Part shown: piece by piece, positions 60,188 through 64,000 of the stretch
Layout of the letters: each line of letters starts with the position of its first letter
Position numbering within the stretch: position 1 is the first letter of the stretch
Program-made: the position numbers and the translations under genes
The notes under the pieces: model-generated
Seen by the model: the letters and a program-made list of their open reading frames with translations, nothing else
What the model was told of the DNA's origin: nothing
The model's database searches: none
NCBI RefSeq assembly: GCF_006345805.1
Contig: NC_043005.1
Coordinates: 75,330,001 to 75,394,000 of the forward strand
Source of the DNA: Octopus sinensis
Taxonomy: Eukaryota
Reading direction: 5' to 3'
DNA length: 64,000 bases

Positions 60188-62511
60188 TGTTCGCCTTACG
60201 ACAGGACATCTTTTCACTGCAAAAATTCAAAGCAGTATTCATGAAATGAAGTCAAACTCTTCATATCTTAATTTTTCATTACCTGTGTGAGTATATGTCA
60301 CAGATAGTGGACATGTGTGTGTTGACACACCATGACATTCATCGTGTTGACATCACAGAAGCCATATATTTTTTGCGTCAAGAAATAACAAAAATTGTGT
60401 TTAATCATTTAAATAGATGTCTAAATTATACAAAAATTTCTACTGCACTGTCAAAGGTAAGTATGAAAATAAATATGTAAAAAAAAAGGTAAAATATACT
60501 ATTTCTGAAATATTTCGGGTACACACAAACATCCCTTGAGTTTTAGTATTATCAAGATGCGATTTTTTCTTTCTAATTTTGAATATTGTTGGATAATTTA
60601 TGGTAGTGTTTACATTTTCACAAGTAGTGAAATTTTAGTGGTTTTGTTTTCTTTCTGAGTTAGCAGTAATTTACAAATGTTTTTAATGCTAAAGCAAGGG
60701 ATTAGTTTTCACATTTTGTTTGTTTTGTAAAACAAGTCTACATGCAATTTAGAGAAAGGTACCAAGTGGTCATGGGAAGCACTAGAAACAGCTAACTTTC
60801 TCTTAAACCACACACATTTTCATCTGAAAATCTTTTCAAAAATTTCTATTTTTTTTCACCAAAAAGGCTTCTGTGGATGCCCTGATCCAAAACTCTGTTT
60901 ATAGCCATTTTTAATAGTCCATTAAAATTTTTTTGAAATATCATGTCCCAAAATTCGAGTCCCTTTGGTTTGTACTTTCGGATTTAGCTAGGTTTGAAAA
61001 ACACTGCAAAATTGACTGTTTGCTACAGGTTTTGCATAAAAGTTTTAAAACATGCAAAAAGAAAAAAAGTTTGATTTTCAAAAACCTGAAAAAAAATAAC
61101 TGCTATCCTATGGACACTGTATAATATCTGTATAATCTGAAGATGATTATCACCTCCGTTTCAAAGATACAGCATCACAAATATGGCTAATTAGGCAAGA
61201 TTTCAACCAATTTACTGACTATTCAAATTGTCATATTTCCTATAATATTCATCCAAATTTCACAAATGAGGTATCAAAATATTTCTTTTTGGATGCTCTC
61301 CAAGAAAAGGTCCAGTAGGAGTTAGAGTTAAATATTTTCAAGCATTCGTAGTGATACATAATAATACTGTTGTCATATTCATAAGAATGTTTGAACGCGT
61401 AATGTGTGTGTGTAATTATACAGAGAAAAGCAAAGGAAAGAGAGAGGACAGCTTGAAAGGATGGAAGTTCATATTTTTTCCTTCTAATAAGCTATTTCTT
61501 TTAACCCACTTATCTATCACTTTTTATTGCAATCTCTCACCCAATACATAAGTAAATTAGACAACTCAAAAGCATTGTCTACACGTTTCTTAAAATCATT
61601 CCAGAAAACTAGTCGAATGATTATTTTCATAAGAGTCATTTTTATATTCCCCAACTGCTTCACAATCTAAATTCCCTCCTTGATGGCAATGGGCTTAATG
61701 AAAGACGATGTTAAAAACTTTATAAGTACTTTGATTTATTAAATGCTTCTTTTATTTCAATCGTGTTACCTTCTTTTAATTCTTTCTTGCATATATATAT
61801 ACCTACATTTTAATGAAGCACAGAATTACTTACTCCAGACTAAGTAATGGGTCAAGCACTAGTTATTTTTAAAGTAAGAGTCTAATACACTTGTAGCTTA
61901 TCAAAAATCTTTCAAGAATTTTATGCCAAGTTTTGAAGTAATCTGACATTTTTCTTTTTTTGTAAATAACATCTATCATAAAAGAAGCCAAACTTTCAAA
62001 ACCGCATGCCAACCAACTGATACAAGATATGGATAACTCTGATCTTCAGTCTAATAACCATATAAAAGACATCAGTTATTGATCCCCATGTCTTAGAATG
62101 AATGAATGATTAGAGCATTTTATGTAGTAGAACACCCATGGGGAAGACTGAATTGTAGGCAATACCAGGAGTGATACCAGTATTTCAAACCCAAAGAACT
62201 AAATACAATTCCTAACCTAACGACCTTCCATAATGATAGAAGACAACCACATTGTGAAAGTATATGCCATGGTATGTAAAAATTGTCAACTGACTGCATT
62301 GTTTCCAAGAAACAGGCTTCTGTAAAAGTCTGCAGCACATGACAATAGAAAAATTGAAGTACATCATGTCTCAAAATTGTGTCATAAACACAAAGTCACA
62401 GTCATCCCAATCATGAGGGAATCATAGGTGATATAACATGAGTATACAGCTGTTTCAAAAGCAAAAAAAAAAAAGCAGTCACATTGGGTTGAATTATTGT
62501 CACTATATTAA

Positions 62512-62711
62512 CCTTTTAGCATTTAAACCATCCACATCCAGCCCAAAAATGTTCAAACTGGTTAGATCTAGTTTCTCACACACTTTACAATCTCATTCAA
62601 ATCATAATCACATCACCGAAATCTAAAAGCTACAAGTTAATGCATGATTAATTCAAAACAATGTGAATTAATAAGTATTACATTTGACAAAGTAAACTGA
62701 ATGCTAAAGGG
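62512..62711. mobile_element. piggyBac-type MITE (200 bp)
   Basis: TTAA|CCTTTTAGCATTTAAACC...GCTAAAGGG|TTAA. Same family as 12975-13193. Confidence 0.8.
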
Positions 62712-64000
62712 TTAAAGAAAAAAAAGAAAAACAAAGAGTTGCTCAAATATGAGGCTTTGCAGATCATCTATTATTGGAAAAGTGACCTCATAACACACTT
62801 TGTCCCACATGGTCAAATCTATAAATAGATTTAAGAGGCAGCCATGTATCAATAGTAGAGGAAACTATTTTGAAACAGACAAGGATAAATTTTAAGTTAT
62901 GCAATAAACTAGTTTCTTTTCGGACAGCCTTTATACTTGATCAGAAACTTAAGTTATGCAGCAATATATTACAACAGGTGTTACAGGCTTTGTTATAACA
63001 TTAAACTGTAGTTAATGACTTGTGAGCATAAATGTCTTTTTTTTTGTTTTGTTTTCTCACAATTACAGACCAAGCTAAATGTTATTGTAATAATTTTTTT
63101 AAGACAATGTTTTGAAAGTGCATCGTCACCATCATTTTAGCATCCATTTTCCATGCTGACATGGGTCAGACAAAATTTGGCATGGCAAATTTTCTATGGC
63201 CAGATACCCTTCCTGTTGCCATGAAAGATTAGAAACAAAAAAATATTGCTTGTATGATAGCGACATCTGCTTACAACTATCACATGATGTCAAAGAAACT
63301 GTAATACACACACACACAGAAGCTTCATTCAGTTTCTGTCTACCAAACCCATTCTCAAGACTTTGGTTGGCCCAAGACCATAGAAGACACTAGCCCAAAA
63401 TACTATGCAGCAACACTGAACGTGTAACCAGGTGGTTGGAAAGCAAATTTTTTTACTACACAAACTTTAAAATACTTAGCGAAAGTATTCTAAAAGTCAG
63501 TTAAAAGTAAAACTATCAGATAAAAAATAAAAATTGCTAGATATTAACTTTGAATGTCAGACAAGTAAAAATGCCAAGTTTAGTATGCCATTCCTATTCA
63601 ACTGATTGATATTTGAAGTTAGTCTTAAACAAATTGATTAACAAAATACAATGTTCAAATTTTTTTCCATATAAAGCAGTTCTTAATGTTAATATATTCA
63701 AGTGACAAATTCGATAACTAGCATCAGTGTAATATCACTAAATTTATTTTTTTTGTGGGGGGGATCAATAATACACAAAAAAATTTACAAGCCAATAATC
63801 ATTCAATTAGATATCAAATTTGATCAAGATTGTAGTTGACAACCTTTTGTAGATTTAGTTTCATAAATGCTGTACACAACTTTCATCCAGTTACTGGGCT
63901 AAATTCACAAAAATGTTGAACTATTTCAAAGTTATAGTATGCTTGACTCTTGTTACAATATTTCTGTTGAAATACACTGCCTTTGAATCAGTTAATTTTT

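Noticed and set aside
62300-62374. FFYCHVLQ as possible RNF exon 1 (FFCHxC motif)
   Set aside because: The second cysteine is missing and no phase-0 donor follows at the expected distance. Exon 1 is more likely outside the window.
1-64000. CRISPR arrays, operons or other prokaryotic defence systems
   Set aside because: The sequence is intron-containing animal DNA. The regularly spaced repeats seen are microsatellites, minisatellites or SINE-internal repeats without unique spacers.

Overview
This is AT-rich, repeat-dense eukaryotic genomic DNA, most likely from an octopus or other coleoid cephalopod (inferred from the tRNA-headed SINE families and abundant TA/CA microsatellites). One gene is well supported: a minus-strand RNF115/RNF126-family RING-H2 E3 ubiquitin ligase. 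I assembled 8 coding exons by hand (57856-57905, 53493-53544, 52296-52438, 48657-48713, 45001-45076, 43354-43447, 33247-33362, 27883-27975). All junctions are GT-AG and phase-consistent; exon 1 appears to lie beyond base 64000. A second, unidentified minus-strand gene may start near 3300 and run off the left edge. The rest is mostly mobile DNA: a nearly complete DD34E Tc1 element with 224-bp IR/DR ends, a DD41D-like mariner remnant, two piggyBac remnants with matching TTAA MITEs, three non-autonomous Helitrons, a 167-bp-TIR foldback element, CR1 and RTE LINE fragments, Penelope-like remnants, a 5S rRNA pseudogene and many SINEs. One Penelope-like remnant carries a hammerhead-ribozyme-like motif. 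Most ORFs in the supplied track are microsatellite or repeat artefacts. I found no prokaryote-type system (CRISPR, operons) and no clearly new biological system. The most novel-looking items are structural: the hammerhead motif, the IR/DR Tc1, the intronic dsRNA-forming repeats and a 64-bp target-site duplication. All analysis was by eye; exon and TIR boundaries were counted base by base, while SINE and remnant boundaries are approximate.
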